From positions 442,259 to 506,258 of the forward strand of contig CAZNUP010000001.1 of NCBI GenBank assembly GCA_964576435.1: a DNA stretch of 64,000 nt, in the 5' to 3' direction. This document shows, one piece after another, positions 19,517 through 30,372 of the stretch (positions are counted from its first letter, which is position 1; every line of letters starts with the position of its first letter). The position numbers and the translations under genes were made by a program. Below the pieces are notes generated by a model that was not told the DNA's origin, made no database searches, and was given only the letters and a program-made list of their open reading frames with translations. This stretch comes from an uncultured Gammaproteobacteria bacterium. Its GTDB lineage: Bacteria; Patescibacteriota; Microgenomatia; JAMCZE01.

Positions 19517-20767
19517 ATGGAAACAGTAATCAAAGTTGATCATCTTTCAAAAAAATATAAAGTTGGCGCTAAAGAAGATTATCTGACCTTACGTGACCAA
19601 ATTGCCAAACTAGGCCAATTTCCAAAGTCTCTACTAAGGTGGAATCATGGAGAAGATTTAAAAACTCATGAGTTTTGGGCCTTAAAAGACCTTAATTTCG
19701 AAGTAAATAAAGGTGAAGTAATGGGAATCATTGGTAGAAATGGTGCCGGTAAAAGTACTCTCCTTAAGGTCTTGTCAAGGATCACTGCCCCCACAGGTGG
19801 CCAGGCAACAATTAATGGTAAGGTCATAAGCCTCTTAGAGGTAGGGACCGGTTTTAGTGCTGAAATGACGGGCAGAGAAAACATCTATCTAAATGGCACC
19901 ATCATGGGTATGACCAGAAGTGAAATTAAGCGCAAATTTGATGCCATTATTGATTTTTCAGGAGTCGAAAAGTTCATGGACACACCTGTAAAGTTTTACT
20001 CAAGCGGCATGTACATGCGTCTAGCCTTTTCAGTGGCAGCTCATTTGGAATCAGACATAATGCTTGTTGATGAAGTCTTAGCTGTTGGCGACATCGAGTT
20101 TCAAAAGAAAAGCATGAACAAAATGGAAGAAGTAACAAGAAATAGTGGTAAGACCATTATTTTTGTAAGTCATAATCTGGGGGCAATCCAAAACTTATGT
20201 CATAGGTCAATTCTTCTCAAAGAAGGTCAAATTGATGATATTGGAAAAACTTCAAAAGTTGTCGCCAAATACATTGGCGAGACTACTAAACTTATGAAGA
20301 TTGATTTGAGTAAAAGAAAAGACAGGGATGGTAATGGGAAAATAAGAATAACTAATGTTGATTTTTTTGATTCCAAAGGTAAACCAGTTAAGAATCTAGT
20401 AACTGGTGAAGACTTCACTGCAATTGTGAAGTATAAAGTCTTCGATAGGTCAATAAAATCAATCAACTTTTCGATGCCAATTGATGAGACCGTTTATGGT
20501 AATAGACTATTCCACTTATCAAGTAGTTGGCTAGGTCAAACAATAAAGGTGACAGGATCAACCGGTGTTATAAAAGTTCATTTTAAAAAGATTCCTTTAA
20601 TTGCCGGTAACTATAGTTTCAATGTTTGGGTCGATTACCATGGAGAAATGCTAGATTGGGTTCAACAAGCAGGAAACTTCGACGTAACTTTTGGCGACTA
20701 TTACAATTCTGGCAAACAGCCAGATGCAAGCCAAGGCTCCGTTCTAGTTGACTATATAATTGAGTAA
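19517..20767 (+). CDS. ABC transporter ATP-binding protein (Wzt/TagH-like) with a roughly 170-aa C-terminal extension (putative glycan-binding domain)
   Basis: Walker A GRNGAGKST, signature YSSGMYMRLAF (Wzt/TagH-type) and Walker B LVDE. Residues from about 250 onward are a beta-rich extension. Confidence 0.8.
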   Translation: METVIKVDHLSKKYKVGAKEDYLTLRDQIAKLGQFPKSLLRWNHGEDLKTHEFWALKDLNFEVNKGEVMGIIGRNGAGKSTLLKVLSRITAPTGGQATINGKVISLLEVGTGFSAEMTGRENIYLNGTIMGMTRSEIKRKFDAIIDFSGVEKFMDTPVKFYSSGMYMRLAFSVAAHLESDIMLVDEVLAVGDIEFQKKSMNKMEEVTRNSGKTIIFVSHNLGAIQNLCHRSILLKEGQIDDIGKTSKVVAKYIGETTKLMKIDLSKRKDRDGNGKIRITNVDFFDSKGKPVKNLVTGEDFTAIVKYKVFDRSIKSINFSMPIDETVYGNRLFHLSSSWLGQTIKVTGSTGVIKVHFKKIPLIAGNYSFNVWVDYHGEMLDWVQQAGNFDVTFGDYYNSGKQPDASQGSVLVDYIIE

Positions 20768-20770
20768 ACT

Positions 20771-22498
20771 ATGCGCATCTTTATATTAGATACCTATGTT
20801 TATGGTGCAGTTTTAGAAAATTTCTATCAAAACTTTGATGTAAAGAATAAAACATACAGCGAGGTAATGTCTGGAATTTTTTCTCTTGAGTTTGGCACGT
20901 CTAATTTTTATTCTAAGAACCTCAATAAATTAGGTCATGTCTCTCAGGAATTTATTTTCAACGACTTAATTTCTCAATCAATATGGGCTAAAGAAAATGG
21001 AATCAATCTTTTTTTTGATAAGCTCCGAAAAAAAGATTGGAAGGAAAAAATTCTTCTTGCCCAAATTAAGAAGTTTGAGCCGGATGTGGTTTACAGTCAA
21101 GATTTGTGGGTTATAAATCCAAAATTTGCCAAAGAAATAAAAAAACATACTAAGCTTTTGGTCGGACAAATTGCTTCTCCAATGCCACCGGTTGAAAACA
21201 TTAAATCTTTTGATTTGATTCTTACGTCCTTGCCTCATTTTGTAGATAAATTTAAATCCCAAGGTGTCAAATCTGAATACTTCCGAATTGGTTTTGAGGA
21301 GTCGTTATTATCAAAACTCGGCAAAAAGACCCACAAATATGATGTGTCTTTCATAGGCGGTTTTGGTCCAATGCATAAAAAGGGCATTACCGCCCTAGAG
21401 TCTTTGGCTAAAGAAGTTTCAGTGGATTTTTGGGGCTATGGTGAGGACGGGTTACCAAGTGACTCAGCTATTCTTAAATCATTCCATGGATTTTCCATAG
21501 GTTTAGATAACTATAAAATTCTCAATGCTTCAAAAATTGGCATTAATAGACACATTGACGTAGCTGAAGACTACGCTAACAACATGAGACTTTTTGAAAC
21601 CACAGGAGTTGGGGCAATGCTTATTACAGATTCCAAGAAAAACATTGGTGATCTTTTTGTTCCCGGAAAAGAAATAGAAACATATTCCTCTCCGAAAGAA
21701 CTCATAACTAAAGTCAAATATTATTTGAAACACGACAAAGAACGCGAAAAAATCGCTAAGGCAGGTCAAATGCGGACTTTAAAAGACCATACATATTTTC
21801 GCCGGATGGAGGAATTGGCAGAAATTTTGGAAAGAAATCTCGTGGTCAATCTAAAAGACTCATGGCAAGATCCAGGTATCCCAGAAAAACAATGGGAGAC
21901 TGTGTCTAAAGAGTTGGAAAACATAAATACTGTGCCACCCTTCAAGTCTCTAGTTGAGCTAATAAAGCCACTAGATCTTTCAGAGAAATCAAAAGTTTTG
22001 GAAATAGGTTGTTCTAGCGGTTATTATAGTGAAGTTTTAAAAAAATCTGACATAAATGTTTCTTATGAAGGGTGTGACTATTCCGAACCTTTTATAAATT
22101 TTGCAAAAGAGAAGTTTCCTAAAATTCCATTCAGGGTCGCCGATGCGACAAATTTGCCTTACAAAGATAAGGAATTTATTCTAGTTATTTCTGGTGGGTG
22201 TATTTTGCATATTCCTGATTGGAAGAAAGCAATATCTGAATCTGTTCGTGCGTCATCTTCGTATGTAATTTTCCATAGAACTCCAGTTACAAAACTATCA
22301 AAAACCCATACCTGGACAAAATCTGCCTACGGAGTAGATATGCTTGAACATGCGTTTAGCGAAAAGGACTTATTAGGTGAATTTAAGAAGAATAAATTGA
22401 AAGTTGTTAAAATTACGTCCCAAGGAGACTTTGCTATAGAGGAACTTGGAAAAACTAAAATTATAATGAAAAGTTATCTTTGTAAAATTTCCAAATGA
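20771..22498 (+). CDS. Fusion of a CgeB-like glycosyltransferase (Glyco_trans_1_2/DUF3880) and a class I SAM methyltransferase
   Basis: N-terminal VSFIGGFGP...[15 protein letters not shown]...[10 protein letters not shown] resembles the CgeB family. C-terminal [13 protein letters not shown] methyltransferase motif I. Confidence 0.5.
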   Translation: MRIFILDTYVYGAVLENFYQNFDVKNKTYSEVMSGIFSLEFGTSNFYSKNLNKLGHVSQEFIFNDLISQSIWAKENGINLFFDKLRKKDWKEKILLAQIKKFEPDVVYSQDLWVINPKFAKEIKKHTKLLVGQIASPMPPVENIKSFDLILTSLPHFVDKFKSQGVKSEYFRIGFEESLLSKLGKKTHKYDVSFIGGFGPMHKKGITALESLAKEVSVDFWGYGEDGLPSDSAILKSFHGFSIGLDNYKILNASKIGINRHIDVAEDYANNMRLFETTGVGAMLITDSKKNIGDLFVPGKEIETYSSPKELITKVKYYLKHDKEREKIAKAGQMRTLKDHTYFRRMEELAEILERNLVVNLKDSWQDPGIPEKQWETVSKELENINTVPPFKSLVELIKPLDLSEKSKVLEIGCSSGYYSEVLKKSDINVSYEGCDYSEPFINFAKEKFPKIPFRVADATNLPYKDKEFILVISGGCILHIPDWKKAISESVRASSSYVIFHRTPVTKLSKTHTWTKSAYGVDMLEHAFSEKDLLGEFKKNKLKVVKITSQGDFAIEELGKTKIIMKSYLCKISK

Positions 22499-23985
22499 CC
22501 AGATATTTTTGCACTCTTTTTGACAAGAACTATCTAACACGTGGTTTGGCTCTATATACGTCTTTAGAAAAACATTCTCCAAACTTCAAATTGTTTGTTC
22601 TTTGCATGGATGAAGTCACTTTTGATTTTTTGACAAAATTAAAAAAAGCCAACATAACACCAATTAGGCTTAGTGATTTTGAAGACAAGGAACTTTTAGC
22701 AGTTAAATCTACACGAAATGCAGGTGAATATTGCTGGACCTGCACACCATCTCTTCCGTTGTTTATATTTAAAAAATATCCAAAAATTTCTGAGATTACC
22801 TATTTGGATTCAGATCTTTTCTTTTTTTCCTCGCCAGAACCTATTTTTGATGAATTAGGCTCCAAATCAATAGGAATTATCCCGCACAACTTTTCCAAGC
22901 CTCTATTAGAGAAGTACCCAACTATTCAAAAAACTAGTGGTATTTATAATGTGGGTCTTTTAGTTTTTAAGAATAATAAAGAGGGACTTGAGTGCCTAAA
23001 TTGGTGGAGAGATAGGTGTCTTGAATGGTGTTATGCAGATTATAAGGATGGAAAAATGGGAGATCAGTTATATTTAAACGATTGGCCTGAAAGATTTTCT
23101 TCGGTTTGTGTGATCAAAAATCCGGGTGCTGACTTAGCTGGATGGAATTTAGATAACTACAAATTAACTTTTAAGAACGGTTCTATTTTAGTCGATAATA
23201 AACCACTAATTTTTTACCACTTCCACATGGTGGATATTTATAAAGATGGGACCTTTGATATTAGATTCTACAATTTATCTGAGGAAGTAATATTAAATAT
23301 CTATTTACCATTTATAAATGCAGTCAAAGAAGAATTCCCAAAAGATTTTGAATTTGGTTATGCACATAAACCTACTTTTTCAGAAAAAATAAATTTAAAA
23401 ATAAATTACGTGTTTGGTCAAATGAAAGCACCCGTGTTAAAGTTGTTGGTAGTAGGTCGTAATTTATTTATGAAATTATTAGCAGACATTTATCATATTT
23501 TTTCACCTGACAAAGGTTATCATGTGGCTAGAACCGCTTCTCTTAATAATAAAAAATTAATAAAGGTTGGAAATGGTGCTGATATTCAAGATTATGTGGT
23601 AATTAGAGCATTCACTAAAGGTGTAGATATCGGCAAAAACACTCAGTTGAATCCTTTTACTGTTATATACGATCACGAAAAAATCACTATTGGTGACGAT
23701 GTAATGGTGGGTCCCCATGTCATGATTGCTTCAGGAAATCACGACTTCAAACAAACCGAAAAACCAATGCGCTTTGCGGGAAACCTTACTAAAGGGCCAA
23801 TTTCTATTGGAAATGGAGTCTGGATCGGAGCCAATTCAGTGATTACAGACGGGGTAAAAATTGGAGAAGGGGCTCTTATAGGAGCAGGAACCGTGGTTAC
23901 TAAAGATGTGCCAGCCTATGAGATTATTGTCGGTGTACCTGGAAAATCAATAGGAAACAGGAAAAAACTTCGATGGACAAAGTAA
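22495..23985 (+). CDS. Fusion of a GT-A-like glycosyltransferase (DxD) and a left-handed beta-helix (hexapeptide) acetyltransferase
   Basis: N-terminal [17 protein letters not shown] and YLDSDLFFF (DxD). C-terminal [35 protein letters not shown] hexapeptide repeats. Confidence 0.55.
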   Translation: MTRYFCTLFDKNYLTRGLALYTSLEKHSPNFKLFVLCMDEVTFDFLTKLKKANITPIRLSDFEDKELLAVKSTRNAGEYCWTCTPSLPLFIFKKYPKISEITYLDSDLFFFSSPEPIFDELGSKSIGIIPHNFSKPLLEKYPTIQKTSGIYNVGLLVFKNNKEGLECLNWWRDRCLEWCYADYKDGKMGDQLYLNDWPERFSSVCVIKNPGADLAGWNLDNYKLTFKNGSILVDNKPLIFYHFHMVDIYKDGTFDIRFYNLSEEVILNIYLPFINAVKEEFPKDFEFGYAHKPTFSEKINLKINYVFGQMKAPVLKLLVVGRNLFMKLLADIYHIFSPDKGYHVARTASLNNKKLIKVGNGADIQDYVVIRAFTKGVDIGKNTQLNPFTVIYDHEKITIGDDVMVGPHVMIASGNHDFKQTEKPMRFAGNLTKGPISIGNGVWIGANSVITDGVKIGEGALIGAGTVVTKDVPAYEIIVGVPGKSIGNRKKLRWTK

Positions 23986-24749
23986 GCGTCATCATTCCAA
24001 CCTTTAATCGAGCCAAATTTTTAAAAAAAACCATCAAAAGTGTTTTAGATCAAACCTATCCAGTTTATGAAGTTATTGTTTGTGATGACGGCTCCACTGA
24101 TTCTTCGAAAAAAGAAATAGAAAAAATTGCTGACAAAAGAGTTCTTTGGTCAAATGCAGATCACTCAGGTTTGCCAGCAGTCGGCAGAAATAGAGGCGTA
24201 AAACTTTCTAAAGGTGATTGGATTGCATTTTTAGATAGTGACGACAGTTGGGAAGAAACTAAGTTAGAAAGGCAATTTAAAGCGCTTAATGATTCGAAAA
24301 ATTACCAAGCAAGTTCCACCAATGCGACTAATGCCGAAATGTCCCTAAACAAAAAAACTATTGATTTTGATGTTTTGAAAAACAATAACTATATTGTTTG
24401 TAGTTCAGTTTTAATCAAAAAAGCTATTTTTGACAAAACTGGATTATTTTCAGAGAAACCAACCTTGAAATCTATCGAGGATTATAATTTGTGGCTTAAG
24501 ATTTCCCTATTTTCACCGTTTGTTTATTTACAAGAAAAACTAGTACAATACACAAAAGATAACCCTGACAGTGTAAGGTCAATCTACACTTCTGAAGAGG
24601 TTTGGAAGCAGCGTCGTGAAATTTGGCGAGATTTGAAAAATTGGAGCAAATCTGCGAATCTTTCTAACTCACAGAAGCTTAAAATTTGGCAAAATTATTT
24701 ACGATACGAGATTAAAGGAATTGCCCATGACACCACCACCAAAGTTTAA
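23973..24749 (+). CDS. GT2 family glycosyltransferase
   Basis: [14 protein letters not shown]...[12 protein letters not shown] and LDSDD. Confidence 0.75.
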   Translation: MDKVSVIIPTFNRAKFLKKTIKSVLDQTYPVYEVIVCDDGSTDSSKKEIEKIADKRVLWSNADHSGLPAVGRNRGVKLSKGDWIAFLDSDDSWEETKLERQFKALNDSKNYQASSTNATNAEMSLNKKTIDFDVLKNNNYIVCSSVLIKKAIFDKTGLFSEKPTLKSIEDYNLWLKISLFSPFVYLQEKLVQYTKDNPDSVRSIYTSEEVWKQRREIWRDLKNWSKSANLSNSQKLKIWQNYLRYEIKGIAHDTTTKV

Positions 24750-25419
24750 ATCTAAAAGTAGACTAACTGGAAAATATCCAAACCCTTCAGAAGGGTTTTT
24801 AGGCAATAACTTAGAACTTAACAACTGGGTTATTTCGGAATTTATAACGAAAGAAATAATCCCTGTTGTTGATACTCATCCATTTCCAATTCCTGAAATA
24901 TACATAATGGTGGGAGCCGTTACTTATTTTAATCCCGATGTGGTTTTTGAGTGGGGAACAAACGTGGGAAAATCAGCTCGCATTTTTTATGAAATAAAAG
25001 AGAAATTTGGCCAACCATTCGACCTATATACAATTGATTTGCCGGACTCAGAGAGTCACGAAGAGTTACCACATAATGATCAATTTGCCCACTTTATTAA
25101 AAACCTGCCAGTAACTTCTTTAAGAGGTGACGGCTTAGAAACATCTTTAAATATTTATAAAGAAAAGTATTCCAAGTCAAAAGCGCTATTTTTCTTGGAT
25201 GGTGATCACGCCGAAGATTCAGTAACAAGGGAGCTGTCTGGAATCTTTGAATCCTGTTCAAATCCTTGTGTCATTATCCATGATACCTTTTTTCAAACTA
25301 ATCCTAACTATAATATTGGTCCGCACAAAGCAATTCAAAGTTTTTTGAAAAGTGATAAAAAGAGAAAAATACTTCTGGAAACTAATTACGGCCTGCCCGG
25401 CATGACCGTACTTATATGA
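24721..25419 (+). CDS. Class I SAM methyltransferase, CmcI/TylF-like sugar O-methyltransferase candidate
   Basis: WGTNVGKSARI and FLDGDHAEDSV...VIIHDT resemble the Methyltransf_24 / CmcI family. Confidence 0.45.
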   Translation: MPMTPPPKFKSKSRLTGKYPNPSEGFLGNNLELNNWVISEFITKEIIPVVDTHPFPIPEIYIMVGAVTYFNPDVVFEWGTNVGKSARIFYEIKEKFGQPFDLYTIDLPDSESHEELPHNDQFAHFIKNLPVTSLRGDGLETSLNIYKEKYSKSKALFFLDGDHAEDSVTRELSGIFESCSNPCVIIHDTFFQTNPNYNIGPHKAIQSFLKSDKKRKILLETNYGLPGMTVLI

Positions 25420-27128
25420 AAATTGGCCTTTTAGTCAACGCTACTGGAAAATATATTTATTTTACTTATCTTCTCTGGGAATCAGTTCAAAAATATTTTT
25501 TCAAAATTCCAAATGTTCAGGTGGAGATGTTTATTTTTACGGATTCAGATGAAGTACCCAAAGGAACTAAGAGAATTTTTCAAGAACATAAGGCTTTCCC
25601 GTATGCAACACTTCTTAGATATCATTATTACTCAAACAACAAGAAAATTTTATCAGACATGGACTACCTTTTTTATTGTGACGCCGACATGGAGTTTGTA
25701 GCCCCTGTGGGAGAGGAAATTTTAGGTGAATTGGTTGGCACAATCCATCCAGGCTTTTTTGAAAGAAACAGATCAGATTTTAGTTACGAGCCCAATCCAA
25801 AATCTAAGGCTTTTATTCCAAAAAACAAAGGATCACATTATTTCTGTGGAGGCTTTAATGGAGGGACTTCTAAGGACTTCTTACTTCTTTGCGATAAGTT
25901 GAAAGAAAATATAGATAAAGATTTAAAAAACAATATTATTGCTATCCACAATGACGAAAGCCACTTGAATCGCTATTTCGTGGATCATAAGCCCACAAAA
26001 ATTCTAGACCCTTCCTATTGTTTCCCAGAAGAACTAACAGAAAAGTTTCAGTCAACTAAAGGAAAGTTATCAGCAGACCCATATACTTGGTTCCCAAAAA
26101 GCCTCAAAAAGTTTGCAACAAGCCCAAGACTCATAGCGAAGTATAAAAACCATGAGGCTTTTAGATATGGCCGTGTAGAGGGTTCGGCTAGACGCGTTGT
26201 CAATGAGACGAAGCGTTTTGCATTTTTGTCTTTGGTGGCTGCTAGATCATTTCCAAGTAGAGTTAAACATGTTTCAAGTAGAGTAGTGTTCAATATATCA
26301 AAAGATCACCCAGAAATATTTACTAGAAATTTTTACAACATTCCATTTTCAAAAGTGTTTCATTTAAATTGTAATGTAGATTTGTTAGAAAAAAATAATA
26401 ATTTACTAGACCTCGTAACCATTGGCTTTAATAATTCGGATGTTATTGAAACGCAAATTAAACTTTTGAATAAAAATTTAACTGATAAATTCTTTTATAC
26501 AGTTGCAGATAATTCATCTAGCACAAAGATAAGTAAAGAAATACAGAACATTTGTGCTAAATATAAGGTGGGTTATATTAAATTACCTCCTAATTTTTTT
26601 AGCGACAAAGGTCTTGGTAACCTTTCACATGGTTCAGCCATGACTTGGGTATTCAAAAACTATATTAAAAAAAGAAACCCAAGATATTTTGGCTTCTTGG
26701 ATCATGACATGTTCCCTATTAAAAAAACTAGTTTGGTTAAATATTTTAAAGCCTCGCCGGTAATTGGGTTTAAACAACCCAGAGAAAACTATTGGTATTT
26801 ATGGGCAGGTTTTTGTTTTTTTGACATGGAGTTTGTTGGTAAAAGAAATTTGGATTTCTTATCTAAGAAATACGGAAATCAAAGACTGGATACTGGAGGG
26901 GCAAACTGGGAGAAAATATATTGTGATGTTGACGCAGATAAATTACCTTCTTTTAAACATAGGTACCTCAATCTAACTGGGGGAGAAATAGCCCAACATG
27001 ATATGGTGGAGTTTTATGGAGATTGGCTGCATTTATTTAATGCCTCTAATTGGTACGCAATGGATGATTTAAAATTTGAAAAACGCTCCAAAGCTTTAAA
27101 AAAACTAATTCACAAATATGTTACTTGA
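25416..27128 (+). CDS. Two-domain glycosyltransferase: an N-terminal GT6 family alpha-1,3-Gal/GalNAc-transferase-like domain and a C-terminal second GT-A-like domain
   Basis: N-domain aligns by eye with vertebrate ABO/alpha3GalT across all core blocks: IGLLVNATGKYIYF, MDYLFYCDADMEF (DxD), TIHPGFF, HYFCGGFNGG, HNDESHLNRYF and KPTKILDPSYC. C-domain has TIGFNNSDVIE...FLDHDMFP (DxD). Confidence 0.75.
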   Translation: MKIGLLVNATGKYIYFTYLLWESVQKYFFKIPNVQVEMFIFTDSDEVPKGTKRIFQEHKAFPYATLLRYHYYSNNKKILSDMDYLFYCDADMEFVAPVGEEILGELVGTIHPGFFERNRSDFSYEPNPKSKAFIPKNKGSHYFCGGFNGGTSKDFLLLCDKLKENIDKDLKNNIIAIHNDESHLNRYFVDHKPTKILDPSYCFPEELTEKFQSTKGKLSADPYTWFPKSLKKFATSPRLIAKYKNHEAFRYGRVEGSARRVVNETKRFAFLSLVAARSFPSRVKHVSSRVVFNISKDHPEIFTRNFYNIPFSKVFHLNCNVDLLEKNNNLLDLVTIGFNNSDVIETQIKLLNKNLTDKFFYTVADNSSSTKISKEIQNICAKYKVGYIKLPPNFFSDKGLGNLSHGSAMTWVFKNYIKKRNPRYFGFLDHDMFPIKKTSLVKYFKASPVIGFKQPRENYWYLWAGFCFFDMEFVGKRNLDFLSKKYGNQRLDTGGANWEKIYCDVDADKLPSFKHRYLNLTGGEIAQHDMVEFYGDWLHLFNASNWYAMDDLKFEKRSKALKKLIHKYVT

Positions 27129-27939
27129 AGTAAAAAAAGTCGCAGCAGATTACAAAAGGAAGATAACAGACATATGCGCACCCGTGTTAGAAGTAAGTCA
27201 CAACGTTTTTGCTGACAAAAGATATGGCGATGTAGGTTTTTTTATAACGAAAAATCCCAAAACAAAAAAATACAAATATTCAAATTGGGGAAGTCGTGAA
27301 TGGGAATATTACTATATGGAAGAAAAATTGAAAGAAATGTGCATAGATGGAAAAGTGATCATTGATATTGGCATTGGAAGGCCAGTAGACTGTGATTTTT
27401 ATAAATTTTATGTTTCTGAAAATTGTTATATGACTGCATTTGATCCTGATGTAAGAATGCCTAAAGTCACAAATCTTTCCAAAAGATGTAAAATTTTAAG
27501 GATGTCAGCTGAAAAGTTACCTTTAAAAAATGAGAGCGTTGACGTTGCAGTCGTTCTTTCCTCGTTTGAACATTTTCCTTTAAATGAATTTTCGAAAACA
27601 ATAAAAGAACTTTTCAGGGTGTTAAAACCGGGTGGTGACTTATTAGTTACGCTAGATTTAACCTTGGATCACCAAAAATCCGCTAGATGGGCAATTTTAG
27701 AAAAAACAATGAATCACCTTTCGAAAATAGAAAATGATCAGAAAATTTCTAAAAAGGGAAAGTTTTTAACAATTGACTCCTTTCTTGGAATGATAAGACC
27801 ATATTTCAAGCCCAAGAGTTCCACAATTTTAAATTTTGATGTAAAACCAAAAGACATGGTATATTCACCAGATTTTAACTCAAACGTAGCTTACCTGCAT
27901 TTATATAAACAAGATGGAAGACCGCCAAAATCACGCTAA
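27118..27939 (+). CDS. SAM-dependent methyltransferase (Methyltransf_11-like)
   Basis: VIIDIGIGRP and LKPGGDLLVTLD motifs. Confidence 0.5.
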   Translation: MLLEVKKVAADYKRKITDICAPVLEVSHNVFADKRYGDVGFFITKNPKTKKYKYSNWGSREWEYYYMEEKLKEMCIDGKVIIDIGIGRPVDCDFYKFYVSENCYMTAFDPDVRMPKVTNLSKRCKILRMSAEKLPLKNESVDVAVVLSSFEHFPLNEFSKTIKELFRVLKPGGDLLVTLDLTLDHQKSARWAILEKTMNHLSKIENDQKISKKGKFLTIDSFLGMIRPYFKPKSSTILNFDVKPKDMVYSPDFNSNVAYLHLYKQDGRPPKSR

Positions 27940-28861
27940 AGACATAGAAAAAGTTAAAAAAGCCGCCAATCGTTTTGGTAAAGTTGTTGTCTGGGGCTTG
28001 AAGTCACATGACAGAGATAGTTTTAGGTATATTCAAAACCATTTCTATACCACTTTACAAAAGTTGGGGATCAACTCAGTTTGGTTAGACGACGAAATAG
28101 ACAACAATAATTTGGTGGAGAAAGGAGACATGGTTTGGGCTGCAAATGTTACAGGAAAGAATCTAAAACTTAAAAAAGATGTCTACTATTGTCTTCATAA
28201 TTATGACAAAGACTTTTATAAAGAATTAAACAAAAAAAACTACCTTATCGTCCAGGTTTATTCAAATGATGCCGACAAGGGGACACAGAAATGGGACTCT
28301 GTAACGAGATTTGATAGGAAAAACCAGGTCTTATATGAACCTTGGGGTACAAATCTACTCCCCTGGGAATTCAAAAACCCAGTATTTCCCAAATCTTCAC
28401 CATTTGTTTTTTGGGTGGGAAGCATTTGGAACAATGACCAAAATCAAGGAAATTTAGAAGAAATTGAAAAATTAAAGAAAGTTTTAGGAAAACATCATGT
28501 TTATTTTCTCCACCCTCGTTATGTCCCAGACTTTATTCATTGGCGTCTTATACGTTGGTCAAGAATCGCTCCAACTGTGGCAGGTAACTGGCAGGTCAAA
28601 GTAAACTATCTACCATGCCGCATGTTTAAGAATATTTCTTATGGGCAATTGGGAATAACCAATGTTAAAAAGTTTGAAGATCTCTTGGGCAGTTCTTTTA
28701 TTAAAAGCGATTCAATAGAAGATTTAGTAGAGAAATCGTTGGCTTTTTCAGAGAAAAAATATATTTCACTAGTTAAAGATCAGCAAGAAATCATAAAGAA
28801 ACAGACATATATGCAAAAAGTAATGAATCTTTTTAAGGGATTAGAAATTGTTTCTTCGTAA
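27914..28861 (+). CDS. Hypothetical protein, possibly a divergent GT-B fold glycosyltransferase
   Basis: FVFWVGSIWNN...HVYF and RMFKNISYG are loosely reminiscent of GT-B C-terminal domains. No firm family assignment. Confidence 0.3.
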   Translation: MEDRQNHAKDIEKVKKAANRFGKVVVWGLKSHDRDSFRYIQNHFYTTLQKLGINSVWLDDEIDNNNLVEKGDMVWAANVTGKNLKLKKDVYYCLHNYDKDFYKELNKKNYLIVQVYSNDADKGTQKWDSVTRFDRKNQVLYEPWGTNLLPWEFKNPVFPKSSPFVFWVGSIWNNDQNQGNLEEIEKLKKVLGKHHVYFLHPRYVPDFIHWRLIRWSRIAPTVAGNWQVKVNYLPCRMFKNISYGQLGITNVKKFEDLLGSSFIKSDSIEDLVEKSLAFSEKKYISLVKDQQEIIKKQTYMQKVMNLFKGLEIVSS

Positions 28862-30372
28862 TGCTGACAAAAACTCTTTATCGCGCGACCATAATCCTCA
28901 TAATTTTATTTTTCTTACTTAAACCATTTTTCTTAGGCTTTTATCATGATGATTGGTCAACTATTGTGGGAACTGTTGTTAAAGGAAGTCCATTTAGTCT
29001 TGATCTTTTAAGTTCTTCAATTCAAGTCTTGTTGTCCAGACCGGTTAGTGGTCTGGTCTTGTTTTCTTTTGCGTCCATAGCTGGAAAGTCTCCGCTCATC
29101 TGGCAATTCCTAACATCCCTATTGGTCTTATTAGGAATCTATGTCTTTTCCAAATTTCTTTCATCTCTAGTCAAATCTTTAAAACTAGAGACGTCTTGGG
29201 AAGAAACTGCTGCATTTGCTGCTTTATTTTTCGCTTTACCTTGGATGGCTGGAGCAACATTCTTCGTAGTTGCTGCTATTTGTGCATTGACTGCAACCTT
29301 ATTTTTTCTTTTATCAGGAATTTCATTATTAAATTACATAAATACGAAGAAGACGAAATGGCTTATTGGGGTAGGAGCATTTTATTTACTAAGTATCCTA
29401 ACCTATGAAGCGTTTTATTTACAATTTATACTTCTAACTCTTCTTGGGACCATTGTTTTAAAGGCAAAAAAAGAAAAAATATCTAATCTAGTTTTAGTTT
29501 TTATAGTTTTAGCCGTCGCTCAATTATTAGGTATAGCCTGGAATCGGTTCACCTTTTCCCTCGCCCCTGCTTCAAAAAGTATTAATCCTGATTTCTTACC
29601 GCTATTTTTATATACCTTAAGAGTTATTCCAGAAAGGTTTCTTTTTAACTTTAAGGAAATATATAGTTGGGCATTTTTATCGCTAATTGCCTACATTTTA
29701 TACACATTAGTTATTTTAAAATCTCTGTTTAGGAAATCATTTCCATTGGGAGTGTCCACATTGTCATTTATTTGTTTAGCAATTTTGGGAATTTGTTTAT
29801 CTGTTTTTCTTTATGCCCTTGCTGGATACGGAGTCGACGCCCATGGGTTAACATCCCGCACAACGTTAGTAATTAGCTTCTATATAATCCTTGCAGTATT
29901 TGTAATACAAGTTTCAAGTAGGTCAATTAACTCGGATGTAAAAATTTTTTATAACTTGACGTTTTGGTTAGTAGTTTTAGCTATTTTTACGAGTTTAATA
30001 TGGCGCTTCCGTGATTGGAAAGTTTCCTGGAGAGAACAAACTTCTGTTATTTCATCTTTTCCAAAAGAAAATTTCAAAAACGCACCAAAAGACACAGTCA
30101 TTATCTATAAAGGTCCTTTTGAATATAATGGCTTAACAGTTTTTCAGTCGTCTTGGGATCTAGCAAGTGCCATAAATTATTCTTATCCGGGTTTAAATCT
30201 TACAGTTCTTCCAAGTCCCGATGTCTGGGCGATAAATTGGGATGGCAAAAATTTAACTCAAATTGCTAAAGGAAACAAATCCACTTTGTGGTCAGGGGAA
30301 ACAAAAAATGTTTGGTTGTGGAATTATCCAAATAAAAATGTTACTAAACTAAATAAGAAATATGCAGAGTAA
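28861..30372 (+). CDS. Polytopic membrane protein with a C-terminal extracytoplasmic domain (unknown; candidate GT-C or polymerase)
   Basis: At least 10 predicted TM helices in the first 380 aa, then a soluble domain. TAATG overlap with the upstream gene. Confidence 0.35.
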   Translation: MLTKTLYRATIILIILFFLLKPFFLGFYHDDWSTIVGTVVKGSPFSLDLLSSSIQVLLSRPVSGLVLFSFASIAGKSPLIWQFLTSLLVLLGIYVFSKFLSSLVKSLKLETSWEETAAFAALFFALPWMAGATFFVVAAICALTATLFFLLSGISLLNYINTKKTKWLIGVGAFYLLSILTYEAFYLQFILLTLLGTIVLKAKKEKISNLVLVFIVLAVAQLLGIAWNRFTFSLAPASKSINPDFLPLFLYTLRVIPERFLFNFKEIYSWAFLSLIAYILYTLVILKSLFRKSFPLGVSTLSFICLAILGICLSVFLYALAGYGVDAHGLTSRTTLVISFYIILAVFVIQVSSRSINSDVKIFYNLTFWLVVLAIFTSLIWRFRDWKVSWREQTSVISSFPKENFKNAPKDTVIIYKGPFEYNGLTVFQSSWDLASAINYSYPGLNLTVLPSPDVWAINWDGKNLTQIAKGNKSTLWSGETKNVWLWNYPNKNVTKLNKKYAE

